This document shows positions 5,975 through 7,160 of a DNA stretch of 7,160 nucleotides, piece after piece. Under the pieces are notes generated by a model. That model saw only the letters and a program-made list of their open reading frames with translations. It made no database searches and was not told where the DNA came from. The stretch is taken from the NCBI GenBank assembly GCA_000388065.2, contig KB932211.1. One strand, written 5' to 3'. The translations under genes were made by a program, and so were the position numbers. Within the stretch, counting starts at the first letter, position 1, and each line of letters starts with the position of its first letter. Source of the stretch: Fonticula alba ATCC 38817 (lineage: Eukaryota; Protista; Nucleariida).

Positions 5975-7160
5975 GGGACTGCTGGCGGTGCAAGGATGCC
6001 CTGCTGCAGGATGGCGACTGCGTGCAGGCCTGCGCCGCCAGGCATGTGGCCCTTGCCGGGCGGTGCCTGCCCTGCCATGTGTCGTGCGACGCGTGTACCG
6101 GGACCCGGAGCACCGAGTGCGGTGCCTGCATCGACGACCTGCTGGCCCTGCCGGCCGGGCAGACCCCGGCCCGGTGCGTGCCCGCCTGCCCGGCCGGATA
6201 CAGCCCCTCGGCCGGCGGGTGTGCCGCCTGCCCGGGCCACTGTGCCAGCTGCCCGGCGTCGAGCACCGAATGCGGCCTGTGCCAGCGGGGGTGGCTGCTG
6301 GCCCGGCCGGACTGCGTGGAAAACTGCCCGGAGGGGACCTCGTCGCTGGGCAGTGAGTGCATCTTCTGCCACGAGGGCTGTGGCAGCTGCTTTGGCCCGG
6401 GGCCCGAGCAGTGTCTGTCCTGCCCTGGGCACGCACCGCTCCTGGTGGCCGGCCGCTGTCTGTCCGAGTGCCCGGCCGGGATGTTCCCGGACCGGGGCAC
6501 CTGCACCCCCTGCAGTGACACCTGCGCTGCGTGCACCGGGCCGACGGACATCGAGTGCACCCTTTGCGCCGGGGATAGGGCGCTGCTGGGGGGCACCTGC
6601 CGGGCTGGCTGTCCGGGGCGCTTTTTCGCCGAGGACAATGTGTGTCTTCCCTGTGGGGCGTTCTGCGCCAGCTGCCAGGACGCGAGTGGTTGCACCGGCT
6701 GCGAGGATGGGTTCATGCTGCAGCCCAACGGTGGCTGCGCTGCTGGCTGTCCAGCTCGGTCGGTCGGGTGCACGGCCCAGGCCCGGTGCATCCCCTGCTC
6801 GGGGGAGTGCGCCGCGTGCGAGGTCTTTGGCCCGGGCTGTGATGCTTCGTGCACGCACTGCGAGCCGGGGTATGTTCTGTCGGACGGCGCGTGCTACGTT
6901 GCCTGCCCGGCTGGGGAGTTCCTGCCGGCCGGTGCGCATGCCTGCGGGCCATGCTCGGCGGAGTGCCGGACGTGCTTTGGCGCGGCAGGGCAGTGTACCG
7001 GCTGCAACGGTGGCCTCCTGCACCCGGGCGCGGGCATCTGCGCGTCGGCCTGCGCCGGGGCGTCGGCCCCGGTGGCCGGCGTCTGCCTGAGCTGCTTCGC
7101 CGAGTGCGACCAATGCGAGGCCGGGCCCGGCCAGTCGGAGTGCACGATCCAGGCCGATGG
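5099..7160 (+). repeat. About 15 tandem furin-like (FU / growth-factor-receptor Cys-rich, VSP-like) protein repeats of roughly 35-55 aa, last one partial
   Basis: Recurring CPxG[YFW]....CxxCxxxCxxC...CxxC....L...CxxxC pattern, counted by eye across the frameshift. Units are divergent at the DNA level. Confidence 0.85.
5977..7160 (+). CDS. Continuation of the FU-repeat protein in a shifted frame after an apparent frameshift; open to the window end (3'-truncated); absent from the supplied ORF track
   Basis: Manual translation from 5977: DCWRCKDALLQDGDCVQACAARHVALAGRCLPCHVSCDACTGTRSTECGAC...CPAGEFLPAGAHACGPCSAECRTCFGAAGQCTGC...CFAECDQCEAGPGQSECTIQAD. No stop codon, and the Cys periodicity is intact. 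Confidence 0.9.

Noticed and set aside
5968-5980. Programmed -1 ribosomal frameshift as the explanation of the frame change
   Set aside because: A -1 slip would restore the frame, but there is no X XXY YYZ slippery heptamer (the sequence is C CCG ACC GGG).
5915-5995. Small intron bridging the frameshift (e.g. GT 5918 to AG 5993-5994)
   Set aside because: It would delete sequence that encodes the Cys pattern perfectly on both sides, and there is no pyrimidine tract or branch motif.
5975-7090. Last 371 codons of listed ORF 3686..7090 as real protein
   Set aside because: It is Arg/Pro/Ala-rich off-frame translation. The adjacent frame carries the regular Cys repeats.
2957-7113. Long minus-strand ORFs (2957..5677, 4867..7113, 3043..3990, 4719..5723, 5784..6854 and others)
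   Set aside because: These are antisense shadows of a GC-rich coding region, where stops are rare. They have low-complexity A/R/G/P composition and no motifs.

Overview
GC-rich eukaryotic genomic DNA with two same-strand genes. (1) Bases 1-303 encode the C-terminal end of a protein kinase domain (subdomains IX-XI, TKL-like). (2) After about 1.7 kb of apparently non-coding DNA (a CACGTG-centred palindrome, G17 and C15 tracts, a compound AT/GT microsatellite), a large secreted or cell-surface protein gene starts at ATG 2043 and runs off the window end. Its parts are a signal peptide, a ~360-aa Cys-poor domain, one furin-like (FU) Cys-rich unit split by a repeat-filled intron (best model 3349-3599), a second ~437-aa Cys-poor domain, and about 15 FU-type repeats. 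The supplied ORF track hides two things. The intron joins ORF 1050..3437 to ORF 3686..7090, and a frameshift at about 5975-5976 moves the Cys-repeat reading into another frame that stays open from 5977 to the end. From recall only (not verifiable here), the GC content and the FU-repeat plus TKL-kinase arrangement resemble the expanded receptor-like kinases of Fonticula alba. Most other listed ORFs are GC-rich shadow frames.
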